This document shows, piece after piece, positions 32,201 to 39,950 of a stretch of 64,000 nucleotides of DNA. Each line of letters begins with the position of its first letter. Position 1 is the first letter of the stretch. The notes under the pieces were generated by a model. It searched no databases and had not been told where the DNA came from. It was given only the letters and a program-made list of their open reading frames with translations. The DNA comes from a virus. Both the position numbers and the translations under genes were made by a program. Where the stretch lies: positions 24,700-88,699 of the IMG/VR virus record IMGVR_UViG_3300037804_000252, one strand, 5' to 3'.

Positions 32201-32699
32201 TGTTTATCTCATCAATAGTAACTTCGGGTCTTCTATAAAACCTAACTCTATCTTCATTCGATATATTTTTATTTACTTGAAAAGTTCTTTCCCACTTAAC
32301 ATTATAAACACCCTCCCATTGGTCTGGTACAACTCTTTTAACTCCCTCATCATCATACTCCTTTAGTTCACCTAAAACAGTAATCTTACCCAATCCAATT
32401 GGAGTATCATTATAAATGTAAACAGCTATTAGTTTAGATATACCTTCGTAGTATTCCGGAATACCATTACCTGGTTCAAAGTAGATTGGGTCTCCATTAA
32501 CATCTAAAAGTTCAATCTTTATTTCGGTTGATTCTTTTAGATATTCTGAACCCTCTATAAGAAATCCATTCTTACCACCAGTAAACGTATCCTTAAATTC
32601 GGTTATTCTAAAGTAATCTGAATTTGGATTTTCATCATTTATAAATGTTTGAAATGATGATAAATTTTGAAGTGGTGAATATTTTTTAATTCTTGCCAT
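23211..32699 (-). CDS. Giant tail/baseplate fibre-like structural protein with collagen-like segment, Hint domain and gp53-like C-terminal fibre domain
   Basis: 3162 aa, beta-rich; GxxGxx run at about 26466-26546; C-terminal YVKLPGGVIIQWG...FPTEFP...WIAIGH; followed by a chaperone gene. Confidence 0.72.
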   Translation of the reverse strand: MARIKKYSPLQNLSSFQTFINDENPNSDYFRITEFKDTFTGGKNGFLIEGSEYLKESTEIKIELLDVNGDPIYFEPGNGIPEYYEGISKLIAVYIYNDTPIGLGKITVLGELKEYDDEGVKRVVPDQWEGVYNVKWERTFQVNKNISNEDRVRFYRRPEVTIDEINKPIFSNNSRLVTQTGTVDGIPLVPIENTNLSNFSLPTSYRLKIKTGNNWTGSIEGDPINFDNINYNPIVEEVVNETELIVTPPYSENGLVKSLTNENYSVTFPYLEGINDLATALTGSFAKIKITDMKTFVGDAARVKIFRRSQSNVTDFEFVQEIQLESNELLRDIETFSAPEELYGFFTEPIIEEYWVTSSNDLSVSLNQNFLYNSARLNSTGDNLFFTTKSLDIENDIEYSLDFNTRLSGSLVAGEKLTVFLSGSLNNVAKSQTIIEIPSSNGLFQKTNFNENFIADEFDSAQLYFDVNGSNWYINNLSLKASQETSFSPDVITFIQNVPKTLAVETFDYRFEFYDINNNYIPVLVEATKRFDGGNLNLFDKELEITPSNLYFTFDSASLPANPMPPTSIIFDIETSLLTGSISFTSGAYDEFGNFLSASEYAGGQYPGLLRNIDTRTPVLNVADFTGSRSDIVVQYIRFTGFAEGISDEVVITRVQDGKGGVNFEITPFRGTSIKNNSDKDLEIQAYRIDGINRIELKDGLPQTGFSDAKLRVLSSSIDPITSDVSSSYFLLSEVQTSGFIRGLTAGTTGSGEIDYNATFNRDSIDKELTVYLMDGPTSESILTSIILNDLQDGLASGFISFDAEQFGIKPRDERVFTPEIGRVTGSFYLRGTNSSPISGTLDIYPSMSVDPETKEPFYYMFYVTDSFDRRIDIVVTDKDNNIVDSGRPGEEVSYFVPIERKQLTTTFTYTEDITSASISVDKTFFSVPDGLPGVDSIIVDIDPRPVVLNADQRGNVFNYSNADTTITVTQGRLPLIFDDTKKPGTFTTSSITPLGIEYTTFDEILGDATMSLSGFRRMTDLTASVTYDLEIHPYFTGSFYTQSFVQQFKKTLEGADAINIELDPVSVTIDAEENGGIVDFSSANTTLRVKQGDTYMEFSTSSLVLPGTFSASLSPNQISIGTFSSSNDNSTERNLDDTLHFRDFNNFLTDSGSVDYQIKIYPFSITSGILSGSQTVNRKQLFSKNKEGIRARSVELSTTTEVANYDKDGIITSPVDASSLEPTSIFLTATPFNITSSQAYYEFFQEGFAVTFPGTNNQFEVGSGDLPAPGTTTTYRVDLRDGSISGPVFASKEVTISGVQSGANNYQVFLTNPSPTITVKVDGELDLSTTGTQIKAFKGTQELTNVQNYSSQQLDNVGDPIGTLGEFSSSIFNLDTYITQPSFPQGNPASVGPLTDWTLPQDNPTATVIYKVDIENGRATYFLSQSIASTKEGDVGPGLVFRGPWTGSIEYIYNKESKRRDSVLYSESGNEPYDTYYATKDSGSSFITPNDSSPGAGDAQAPTRDDGSGGREVNTDYWVSLGQEEFFVAAKLAIFEESFVKNTLNVGTPPTSYAVNPQITIAGGTDEPYIAVGQTGTIGFQEQGIWMGMSNSAGDAGTSILPKMSMKSNTVSGKYKSLEWNGETLTIRGALRQTPEGEVESRILAAWSTLVSGFSFIVGDTTSNNGITWECILVHDKGVGNDEPGVGSSYTTYWQESNLAAKTLRLTTDGQSFVEGTNGVLTPDFIEFTANKENIGTATSWTTSPSVTLYDASTGGSSTTTGDTVYLRKGDFGTNTAVTVTATAGGKSDEITVVRLTDGSNAITSVLSNESHTFQANSTGTITNFSDSGTEINAYEGTTPLTFKNPDQNIDINVNFEIQGPGNEGQGDAVITFSESDISSGQASMLQLMQILAELGILWVHDVNVDGGFQSEGVDVQSGFDYAKVKAINNTSGTNWEVVLSDEYEISGQGASGILFDFCAFDGDSDYQIRTSNPSALNNSEFTIEASLYKGFTGGQFPTIGGGGTTTGTIGNLTNFSTANGFINHVLKHKKANGDIVRLVKKQSFTRANAGVDGTSGTAGTAGSSGATGAPGAPGAGVVFRGVYDSTKLYFQSTERTDVVEGSDGNYYIVDNSNKNGLDTWDNPVGGSDWTSFGAQFSSVATDILLAQEVYVDQTINIGADNTGTPTIALNADASNNNENPFISIGQVVQDFGEDGIYLGYTGSLPVLSMSTGSRFLRYKDGAITLSDASFTGTGSAIIGPSLFIGETGPNTNEYRFTVDILGIVSASDANIAGTVQASSGKIGEWIIDETTNTLRDDGNEIILNPGDADIGIPPSIKIFSQSYEEVDTSAPRSMSVFVENNAFAIGLSSDVTESKASLNLIMSEFLPFTPTQTRLEQQAPATDNGGSYYFDLSHPSMLNQLFSFSVREDGIGTYGGRYNRPTTLDTSNIENQPFLIQTSSALPGNAGAYLTIFPSESFDLFGNSPVLGASRPSTNFYYYNENATGYGAPVQLYEAGSNPSELIPVSSREQIRIDSVSDFSSTAALNTSFTWSGSAATSVGGLRSNISATSTSNGKTFAKTTGTSIPSNTPITISAGVKTFKDITIPYLQLKQTGMTSPQNPTIAQPSNDPVFSGEIHGGIQAYPSPQQRRGSVYLEVINNDDVVIGETLLKTLYTYGPTNSYSNYQAEETFGGGGQLSVVGDTKITLSDGTTKLAKYITINDTILAWDDINKKWVSAKLSKIHKRDVSKVYKVTTTDGKEIEVSKNHCFWLFGTQLNSGKVKVTNLYDVYKNHTDLLEEDGYHVRIKDGDSIKAVKISKVEIIEKEEEVITFSVPHYVNYLSNGIISHNIIGGDTLEWVYQIIDGASSGGGNKSSSSETVEKSISIQESGPARLRYRWEVASASGQSFSVTSGGGFTAGPWNVHTTTFKTNTSTSNYTEEFFSNGGYSYGGWDQDITVQAENNFVEIRPAGIQVVSNNDRFVRIFRRELIDTATKLLEVGDGHLEITSRAFAVDPAASAYDDTNAQAIFAMGNILPMNPDVASTNSISATGGVYRPFALGKDGNRWKYLNGIDISGLAVSLVNSITGTTGQTTVVNNKDSYVKLPGGVIIQWGSVNQGTSYGIKNVGFPTEFPTSISAAVCSTLRNSAGGSGFNHVSNVDRNGMDIILDGTSGFWIAIGH
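24207..24662 (-). other. Hint (intein-like) domain, residues 2680-2831 of the 3162-aa protein
   Basis: Begins SVVGDTKITLSDG, block-B-like EVSKNHCF, ends NYLSNGIISHN; no homing endonuclease; next residue is Ile. Confidence 0.8.
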
Positions 32700-32761
32700 T
32701 AAGTAATAGTTCCTTTAATTCCAGTATAAATATTTCAAAAATATAATTTAGAATATTTATT

Positions 32762-32788
32762 CTAAAGAAAACTAAAGAGTTCTAAAGA
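32762..32788 (+). repeat. Three CTAAAGA boxes at 10-bp spacing (candidate operator)
   Basis: 32762-32768, 32772-32778 and 32782-32788, between a TATTTATT box (32754-32761) and the ATG at 32790. Confidence 0.65.
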
Positions 32789-32789
32789 A

Positions 32790-32957
32790 ATGAATAAAAA
32801 ATATGCAATGTTACAAATTGATGCTGAGGTTCATCAATTATTAAAGTCTTTTTGTAAAGAAAAGGGATATAAGATGAATGGATTAGTAGAGTCTCTTATA
32901 AAAGAAAAAGTATCACCGAAACAAACTCAACCACAAAACATTTTAAGGTCTAACTAA
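32790..32957 (+). CDS. Small ribbon-helix-helix-like DNA-binding protein (55 aa, below ORF track cutoff)
   Basis: Hand translation MNKKYAMLQIDAEVHQLLKSFCKEKGYKMNGLVESLIKEKVSPKQTQPQNILRSN; strand-helix-G-helix pattern; fills an otherwise empty gap. Confidence 0.68.
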   Translation: MNKKYAMLQIDAEVHQLLKSFCKEKGYKMNGLVESLIKEKVSPKQTQPQNILRSN

Positions 32958-33771
32958 CTGCTCTACCTTTCATCTGTTCCCAATCTCTATTCTTCCTAAC
33001 CGAATCATTTGTTTTTTGGGTTGCGGATAAAACATTATTTGTTGTTCCCATAATTTGAGTAATGTAAAGTAGTGCCGATAAATCTTTTGGAAAACAATGT
33101 CCACCGAATCCAAAATCACCATCATGACCAGGTACGTTCCAATGTGAGTTACCCAATCGGTCATCATGAGTTGCATATTCAACAACTTTATCATAGTCAA
33201 TATTCAAACCTTCACATAACTGATATATCTCATTCGCGAAAGAAACCTTTACCGATAAGAATGTATTAGTTAGATACTTTACCATTTCAGCATGAGTTGA
33301 ATCGGTTTTGATTATATTTGCTTTAGGAAATACTTTTGAAAATATCCTTTTTAGATTTGTTGTTGATGGTCTTGGTCCTCCTAAAATAATTCTATTTTGA
33401 TTATTATAATCTTCTATCGCATTCCTTTCAGTTAAAAACTCTGGGTTAAATACAATCTGTAAAGATGGAAACTTTTTATTTAATCTTTCGGTAGTTCCTG
33501 GTGGAATAGTTGATTTAATAACAACAGTTTTGGTTACACCAAATTCAAAACATCTTTTAACTGCATATTCTACAATTGAGGTATTACATCTACCAACCTC
33601 ATCCATTGGAGTTGGTAAACAAATAAATACAATTTCATTATCTAATGTTTTTTGTTCTGATGAATTACTTTTAGATGAGTCTAAATCATAAGTACTTATA
33701 TTGTAATACTTTTTGAATTTTTGATAAACTGCATTTCCTACAAAACCTTGACCTATTATTCCTATACCCAT
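32950..33771 (-). CDS. UDP-glucose/GDP-mannose dehydrogenase family protein (short form)
   Basis: GQGFVG, IKSTIPPG, NPEFL, AEMVKY and GFGGHCFPKD; 273 aa, so lacks the usual C-terminal domain. Confidence 0.85.
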   Translation of the reverse strand: MGIGIIGQGFVGNAVYQKFKKYYNISTYDLDSSKSNSSEQKTLDNEIVFICLPTPMDEVGRCNTSIVEYAVKRCFEFGVTKTVVIKSTIPPGTTERLNKKFPSLQIVFNPEFLTERNAIEDYNNQNRIILGGPRPSTTNLKRIFSKVFPKANIIKTDSTHAEMVKYLTNTFLSVKVSFANEIYQLCEGLNIDYDKVVEYATHDDRLGNSHWNVPGHDGDFGFGGHCFPKDLSALLYITQIMGTTNNVLSATQKTNDSVRKNRDWEQMKGRAVS

Positions 33772-33774
33772 TTA

Positions 33775-36700
33775 TTAAAATTTAATGTTACTGAATCCAT
33801 TTACTTTTTTAATTTCCATAAGAGAGTCTACCACATCTCTCATTGAATCAATATGTGATATAATCATTACAAAATCAAATTGTGTTTTTAGATATGCAAA
33901 CAACATATACAAAGATGTTAGGTTCTCATTATCTAATGTTCCAAATCCTTCATCAATTACTAAGAAGTTTGGTCTTGGTAAGTTACATACGTTGATTAGA
34001 GCGATTCTAATTGCCAATCCACTAATAAACTTCTCCATACCACTACACATCTCTAAACTCCACTTCTGGTCATCATAGACAATGTTAGCATTAATATTCT
34101 TACCATCCATTTCTAATTGTAAACCAAACTCTACGATTTGACCCAAGATGTTATTTACTTCACCCTCAATCATTGGTAGTGCTTTAGAAATTAATTCATA
34201 AGATACACCATCTTTTCCTAATGAGTTTAGGTAGTATTCAAACAAACCATGTTGTTCTTCCAACTGAGATACCTCCTCAATTCTATCTTCTATTGTTTTC
34301 TTTTGATTCTTCAAAGAAGATACTGAACCATTTAGAACTAAGATGTCTGATTCACTATTTAACAAGATTTGTTTTGATTTGCCCAAGTCATGTCTTACAT
34401 CTACAATCTCATCTCTAAGTTCTTTATTAATTTTTATTTGCTTCTCATTCTCTAAATAATCATCTATAATTTGTGTAACTTGAATAAGTTCACTATTTAG
34501 TTTGATTTCTTGAGTTTCGAATGTTGATAACTTGTTGATAAGTATGTTAATATCTCTACTTACTTTGTTTTCATCTTCTTTAAGTTTTTTCAACTTTTCA
34601 TACTCTGCTTGAAATGGTGCTAACTCGTTTCGTTTAGATACCAACTCCGATTGTTTGTTTTCTAAATCACTTAGTTCTGATTTGATGGTTTCTAATTCAC
34701 TCTCTACCTTTTCTTTTTGTTCTAAGATAGTTTGTGAGTTCTCCATACAAATATCACACTCTTCATTGTATTTATGGGAATCCAAATGTTGTTTTCTCTC
34801 ATTAAAGGATTCACTCTTTATAAGATGTTTCTCAATATTGTTTTCAACCAATGTAAGGTCATATCCCAACTCAGTATATTCGGTTAGACCCTTATCGATT
34901 TTATCCTCATCATATGAATCAATTTTTTCCTCTAATTCAATTTGAGTTTCTTCTAACTTACCAATCTTAGATTGTGTCTTATCTCTTTGAGATAGCAATT
35001 CGGTTAATGAAGTTTCCGAAGTCGATTTTTTATTTTCTAGGTCGGTCAAAGAATAATTGTCGGATTTAACTTTTACAATCTTTTCGTTGAGGGAGATTAA
35101 TTTCTGATTGTGCTTCTCCACCTTTTCTTTAGCAGTTTTTAGATGTACCTCCTCCAACTTATACTCTGCTTCTGCTCTTTTTAAGTCAGTTTGAATATCT
35201 GCCAACTTTTGAGTAAAGTCATCTTGTTTGAACTTTCGTATTAAAGAAGCATTATCTCTATTTTCTTCTTGAGCATGTGAATACAATTTATCAAAGATGT
35301 CCACACCCATAAATTGTGCTAAGATTTCTTTTCTTTCACTTTGTGATTTATCAATAAAGAGAGTGTTGTTTCCTTGTAAAGAAAGAGTAGTTAAAACAAA
35401 ATCTTCATACGTTCCTAAGTATTGTTGAATGATGGAGTTGGTATCCCTTCTCTGCTCTCCGTTCAGTGAATGAATACCACTCTCATCTTCTTTCCAGAAG
35501 GATACATCTACTTTTAGATTTTTCCCCCTATTAATTAATTTAGCCCTTCTCTCAATAAAGTAATCTACATCTTGTATTTGAAAGTGTAGTTTACAATAAA
35601 AGTTAGACTTTCTATTATTAAGAATATTCTTTGCTATATAGGTTCTACTTGTTTTATCAAATATACAAAAGGATAGTGCATCGAATAAAGATGATTTACC
35701 TGAAGCATTTGGTGCGAATATACCCACTATACCATTTGCATTATTAAATCGTATCTTATTGTTCTCACCATATGAAAACATATTAGAGAATTCGAATTGT
35801 TTAGGAACCCACTGTATATTAGGTGTTACATCATCATCAACCAACTTTGTGTTGATTTGTCTATTGATTTGTTTTATCTTATCAATAGTTACATCATCTG
35901 CAAGATATTGTCTTTCCAAATAATCTTTAATCAATTCGTTTTGGAATTCAATATCTTTAACGTTTCCAATTGCTAATCTATCATCGAAGTTACCAGTCTT
36001 TTGTTTAGATAAGGTATCCATTCGAGTAACAGTGAACTCTTGTACTTTATATTGTTTTTTAATTTTTGTTAATGCCTTTTTAATCTGAGAAGGGTCAGTA
36101 TTCGAAACTCTAACTCTTAATCTAGGTTTCTTTGGCATATTAGTAACTGTTGGAACTATACCATCGTTTACATCTAAAGTATAGAAACCATAATCATTAG
36201 GAATATCAACTTCCTCAAAAGTTCTACTTTCAACATCCCATAATAGATAACCATGCTTCTCTAATGATTCTCCGTGGTTTTGTTGAATCATAGAACCAGC
36301 ATATGCTATTGTTGGAGTTCCTAATGTTTGTCTTTTGTGTATATCACCTAACATCACCATATCAAATCCATCGAACATATCAGTTGTGAATGAATTAGAT
36401 GATACAGTATATCCTATATCGGTTTGTGCTAAGTTAACAGGTCCGTGGAATAAACAAATAGTATTCTCACCTTCTACCAATTCTCCCTTTGGCCAATTCT
36501 CTTGGTTATCGAGTATCGAATATACCACAAAAGTAAGATTATGGAAGGGATACACACCAGTGTCTTTAAGATAATGGATTCTATCATTTTCTAAGTTTTC
36601 TACAATTGGAGTAAGTACATCCAATCTATAATTATTGTTTAAGTTACAATCGTGATTACCTGTAATTAAGAATGTGTGTTTTCTATTTGCACATTCAGTT

Positions 36701-36906
36701 AAGAACCAACTGATTTCTCTGATTAACTCAGGACTCATTTCAGTTTTTGCGTGTGCGATATCACCAGCTAAATAGATAACTGAATTCTCAATGTTATCTT
36801 TATCTACGTTGTTTAAGAATTTTTGGAATACTTCTCTATATTCCTTATGTCTTTTTAGATTACGAATATGTAAATCTGCTAAATGGTAGATTTTTTCTAC
36901 TATCAT
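33775..36906 (-). CDS. SbcD/Mre11-SbcC/Rad50 (gp47-gp46-like) fusion recombination nuclease
   Basis: ADLH, AGD, GNHD and GDIH metallophosphoesterase motifs; Walker A NASGKSS; Zn hook CDIC; CSGME signature; IDEGFGTLD; ISH. Confidence 0.88.
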   Translation of the reverse strand: MIVEKIYHLADLHIRNLKRHKEYREVFQKFLNNVDKDNIENSVIYLAGDIAHAKTEMSPELIREISWFLTECANRKHTFLITGNHDCNLNNNYRLDVLTPIVENLENDRIHYLKDTGVYPFHNLTFVVYSILDNQENWPKGELVEGENTICLFHGPVNLAQTDIGYTVSSNSFTTDMFDGFDMVMLGDIHKRQTLGTPTIAYAGSMIQQNHGESLEKHGYLLWDVESRTFEEVDIPNDYGFYTLDVNDGIVPTVTNMPKKPRLRVRVSNTDPSQIKKALTKIKKQYKVQEFTVTRMDTLSKQKTGNFDDRLAIGNVKDIEFQNELIKDYLERQYLADDVTIDKIKQINRQINTKLVDDDVTPNIQWVPKQFEFSNMFSYGENNKIRFNNANGIVGIFAPNASGKSSLFDALSFCIFDKTSRTYIAKNILNNRKSNFYCKLHFQIQDVDYFIERRAKLINRGKNLKVDVSFWKEDESGIHSLNGEQRRDTNSIIQQYLGTYEDFVLTTLSLQGNNTLFIDKSQSERKEILAQFMGVDIFDKLYSHAQEENRDNASLIRKFKQDDFTQKLADIQTDLKRAEAEYKLEEVHLKTAKEKVEKHNQKLISLNEKIVKVKSDNYSLTDLENKKSTSETSLTELLSQRDKTQSKIGKLEETQIELEEKIDSYDEDKIDKGLTEYTELGYDLTLVENNIEKHLIKSESFNERKQHLDSHKYNEECDICMENSQTILEQKEKVESELETIKSELSDLENKQSELVSKRNELAPFQAEYEKLKKLKEDENKVSRDINILINKLSTFETQEIKLNSELIQVTQIIDDYLENEKQIKINKELRDEIVDVRHDLGKSKQILLNSESDILVLNGSVSSLKNQKKTIEDRIEEVSQLEEQHGLFEYYLNSLGKDGVSYELISKALPMIEGEVNNILGQIVEFGLQLEMDGKNINANIVYDDQKWSLEMCSGMEKFISGLAIRIALINVCNLPRPNFLVIDEGFGTLDNENLTSLYMLFAYLKTQFDFVMIISHIDSMRDVVDSLMEIKKVNGFSNIKF

Positions 36907-37841
36907 ATATTATTTAGTTTTGAAAGGATTAAATCATCCCAACCGGTTTCTTCGGTTTCTTTTAACAAGTTATTTATTTTATCAAATCCCAATTCACCAG
37001 CATCACCACCTTCAGGTATAACATTCTTTACCTTTATACCATTTTTGATAAAATAGTTTGCATGCTTAGTAGAATCATCTATTGCATCGGAATCTAACAA
37101 TATGTTGATTTCCTTTACACCCTTCTCTTTAATTTTGTTTTGTAAACTTCGAGGTATAAACTTTCCTAAAATAGGAATAACATTTCTCTTAACTGAGAAT
37201 GAATCAAAAACACCTTCTACTAATGTAATAGGTTCTTTCCAATCAATTTGATTATCAAATACAATTACATTCCTACTGACAGGTGGATTCTTATATTTCA
37301 TCTTTTCATCTTCATAAAAAGAACGAGCAATGAAATAATTTAATTCACCATCTTCATTATAAGATGGAATAATTATTCTACCACTATATAATCCTTCCTC
37401 ACAATAACCAATGTTATATTTCAAAACCTCATCCATAGAAATACTTCTTTGTTTGAGATAATGAATTGCTTGATTATAACTTGGATTAATTGATTTTGGT
37501 TTTTTAGAAAGTGTTTTGAATTCCTTTGGAAGTCTGAGAACTATCTTCTCAACTTCTACTTCGTTTCGTTTTGGTTTATACTCACCATATATAGAATGAA
37601 TTCTTGCTAATTCACTCTTATCAAGATTTAGTTTATAAAGTAAGGATTGAATACTCCTACCCTTAGAGTCACATACCCAACAATGCCAATATTGAGATTC
37701 TAAATTTATTTGGAGTTTTTTCTTATGGTGATGGCAAAAAGGACAATGATGTGCTTGTTCATTTCCTTTCATTGATGTACCAACACCTAATGCAGAATCC
37801 AATACGTTTATAACAACTAACTTATTTCTTGCGGAGAGCAT
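36903..37841 (-). CDS. DNA primase (Zn finger + TOPRIM)
   Basis: CPFCHH...CWVC, RIIIP, KYKNP, VEGVFD and LDSD motifs. Confidence 0.85.
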   Translation of the reverse strand: MLSARNKLVVINVLDSALGVGTSMKGNEQAHHCPFCHHHKKKLQINLESQYWHCWVCDSKGRSIQSLLYKLNLDKSELARIHSIYGEYKPKRNEVEVEKIVLRLPKEFKTLSKKPKSINPSYNQAIHYLKQRSISMDEVLKYNIGYCEEGLYSGRIIIPSYNEDGELNYFIARSFYEDEKMKYKNPPVSRNVIVFDNQIDWKEPITLVEGVFDSFSVKRNVIPILGKFIPRSLQNKIKEKGVKEINILLDSDAIDDSTKHANYFIKNGIKVKNVIPEGGDAGELGFDKINNLLKETEETGWDDLILSKLNNI

Positions 37842-37856
37842 AAATTAAATTTTATA

Positions 37857-37888
37857 CAAATATACGAAAAATATTTGGATTTACCAAA
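37857..37888 (-). promoter_or_regulatory. Bacteroidota sigmaA-type promoter upstream of primase
   Basis: TTTG (37885-37888), 20 nt, TATATTTG (37857-37864). Confidence 0.75.
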
Positions 37889-37892
37889 TTAT

Positions 37893-38096
37893 TTATGTAA
37901 GACTTGAATCAGATACATCAAATAGGAATTCTCCTAGTTTTTTTATATCATTTATGGTTTGGGGGTCAGTTTTTCTTTTTTCAAGAATAGGAATCAACTG
38001 TTGAATTGATTTTACTGCTATTTTTAATCCATCATCCTTTGCATTCAAAGAATTTGGATTTATACCATGTTTTTTTGCTATTTGGTCTAAAGTCAT
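37893..38096 (-). CDS. Hypothetical protein (start likely ATG 38096, MTLDQIAKK)
   Basis: The track's upstream start falls inside the promoter -7 box; ATG at 38094-38096. Confidence 0.55.
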   Translation of the reverse strand: MTLDQIAKKHGINPNSLNAKDDGLKIAVKSIQQLIPILEKRKTDPQTINDIKKLGEFLFDVSDSSLT

Positions 38097-38129
38097 AATA
38101 TTATTTTTTGTGTATATACAATTAATAAA

Positions 38130-38161
38130 CAAATATACGAATAATATTTTAATTATCCAAA
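38130..38161 (-). promoter_or_regulatory. Bacteroidota sigmaA-type promoter
   Basis: TTTG (38158-38161), 20 nt, TATATTTG (38130-38137). Confidence 0.75.
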
Positions 38162-38613
38162 TCTTTTTTATAAAATTTTCCTAATATATTACCATTTAGA
38201 CAATTATCATCTGAAAGTACATCATATTTGAATTGATAATGTACTTCATAATAAGATAATGATTTTTTTGAATAGCAGAATTGTAATACACTTCGTTTGA
38301 ACTCTTCTTCTTTACCTTCTGAGATTTGTTCTTTAATCCAATCGTTTGATGAGTAGTATTTCTGCCAGTCAGAAGATTTTCTAACTTTTTTCTTTTTGGG
38401 TAGTGAACCTCGTACACCTTTTAACTTTCGTTCTTCTTTGATACGTTGTAATTCTCTAACTCCGATTTTTACATTACGAACACTTTGTAATGATTTTTTA
38501 CCAATGTAGTATTTACCAGAAGGAATATGTTCTATTTTGTAAACAAATCCTACGGCATTTTCAGGTATAACATCTTCGGTAACATCGTTACCATTCCATA
38601 ACCAATTGACCAT
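38149..38613 (-). CDS. GIY-YIG family endonuclease-like protein
   Basis: GFVYKI...KYYIGKK, YYSS, YYE and NGNI motifs. Confidence 0.7.
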   Translation of the reverse strand: MVNWLWNGNDVTEDVIPENAVGFVYKIEHIPSGKYYIGKKSLQSVRNVKIGVRELQRIKEERKLKGVRGSLPKKKKVRKSSDWQKYYSSNDWIKEQISEGKEEEFKRSVLQFCYSKKSLSYYEVHYQFKYDVLSDDNCLNGNILGKFYKKDLDN

Positions 38614-38621
38614 AAATTATT

Positions 38622-38804
38622 TTATTTGTGAGAATCTGTATAAGGTTTGGTATTTAATTTACCACCCCTTGCTTGTTTTAGTGCACTTTCATTTTTAGAA
38701 AGGTCTAAACCACCATCTGCTTCTAATTTAGTTTTGTCCCCACCTTTAAGGTTTGCTTTTGATACTGCTGGAGGAGTTTGTGCTAATCTTTCTTCTAAAG
38801 TCAT
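38622..38804 (-). CDS. Small hypothetical protein
   Basis: 60 aa with AGGA upstream and late box at 38825-38832. Confidence 0.5.
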   Translation of the reverse strand: MTLEERLAQTPPAVSKANLKGGDKTKLEADGGLDLSKNESALKQARGGKLNTKPYTDSHK

Positions 38805-38837
38805 AATTGTTTTCCTTTATATATTATAAATATAACC

Positions 38838-39881
38838 TTATGTATCGAAACGAACAATGAAATTTACAGGATAATCTGGTAATGATTTGATTGCTTTTGG
38901 TAGTTTTGCTACTGCAACCATATTATTATCATTATCATATAAACCTATTGTTGTAATAAATGGTGCTATGTAAGAACCTGTTGGGTCTACCGAAGATGAT
39001 ATCATATAGTCATCAAAACTACCAACACTTGAATTCAAAGATGATACAAATGGATGTGATGAGTTTTTAATATATCTTGCACCAGGTTGATAAAATGATG
39101 CGGTGTAAAATTCATTTGATGAAAGTGGTCTATCTCTTCTATTTGCTAAGATACTTAATTTCTGTCCTCCAACTTCATGTATTGCTGTTGGATTTTGTGA
39201 TACATTAAATTCGTTTTCTAATACCGAAAGAAATATTTCATTTTCGTAAATAGTCATTGTAGAACGATATGTAACTGTATATTGTGTTAATTCAGAATTA
39301 TCTTCATCAACATCATGCATTACAATTAAACCCCTATCGTAAAATATGTTACCATAAATTTCATTACCATCAATAGTATTATCAACATCAGTTCTAATTA
39401 AGTTAGAGTTACCATCATCAGTATAAGTAATATTGTTAACATTATCTACTAATGTCACTGAACCTATTTTTACTCCTTCACCATAATATTCTTGAGGAAT
39501 TGCTAAAACCCAAATAGTATCATATGGGTTTGTGGTTTGTAAATAATTTCCATCGGAGTCTGTTAAGTTATTACCACTATCATCTGTTAGGTAAATATCT
39601 GGAAACAATTGTCTTTCGTATCGTGAAGTATAGTTTTCTCGATTACCAACTTCAGTTAAAACCGATGCTGTCATTGGACTTGTATAGAATTGTGCTTTGA
39701 TTGAATCAAATACCAATCTTTTATAAAGTCCATTACTCTTGGGGTCAGTATCTACATCAAATAAAGAGTTCTCTATTCTTTGACCAATTACAGGTGTAAC
39801 ATCAGTTTCATCCAAAGTCCACTCTTTGTAAACTTTGAACGGTCTAACTACTACATCAGATTTTGGAATTTCTTTAATCAT
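38838..39881 (-). CDS. Virion structural protein (baseplate/fibre-attachment-like), paralog of 43597-44802
   Basis: GNIFYDRGLIV, NEFNVSQNPT, ITTIGLYDN...VAVAKLPKAIK...FIVRFD; late box 39901-39908. Confidence 0.62.
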   Translation of the reverse strand: MIKEIPKSDVVVRPFKVYKEWTLDETDVTPVIGQRIENSLFDVDTDPKSNGLYKRLVFDSIKAQFYTSPMTASVLTEVGNRENYTSRYERQLFPDIYLTDDSGNNLTDSDGNYLQTTNPYDTIWVLAIPQEYYGEGVKIGSVTLVDNVNNITYTDDGNSNLIRTDVDNTIDGNEIYGNIFYDRGLIVMHDVDEDNSELTQYTVTYRSTMTIYENEIFLSVLENEFNVSQNPTAIHEVGGQKLSILANRRDRPLSSNEFYTASFYQPGARYIKNSSHPFVSSLNSSVGSFDDYMISSSVDPTGSYIAPFITTIGLYDNDNNMVAVAKLPKAIKSLPDYPVNFIVRFDT

Positions 39882-39912
39882 TCTTTGTGATACACTTTTG
39901 TATAAATATTAG

Positions 39913-39943
39913 AAAAGAAAAAACCTCCTATTTTAGAGGTTTT
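39913..39943 (-). terminator. Rho-independent terminator after tail fibre gene
   Basis: Minus strand AAAACCTC-N8-GAGGTTTT followed by TTCTTTT. Confidence 0.7.
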
Positions 39944-39950
39944 GTTAATA

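Noticed and set aside
38149-38613. Intron-encoded homing endonuclease
   Set aside because: Free-standing short ORF; no interrupted host gene or intron structure evident
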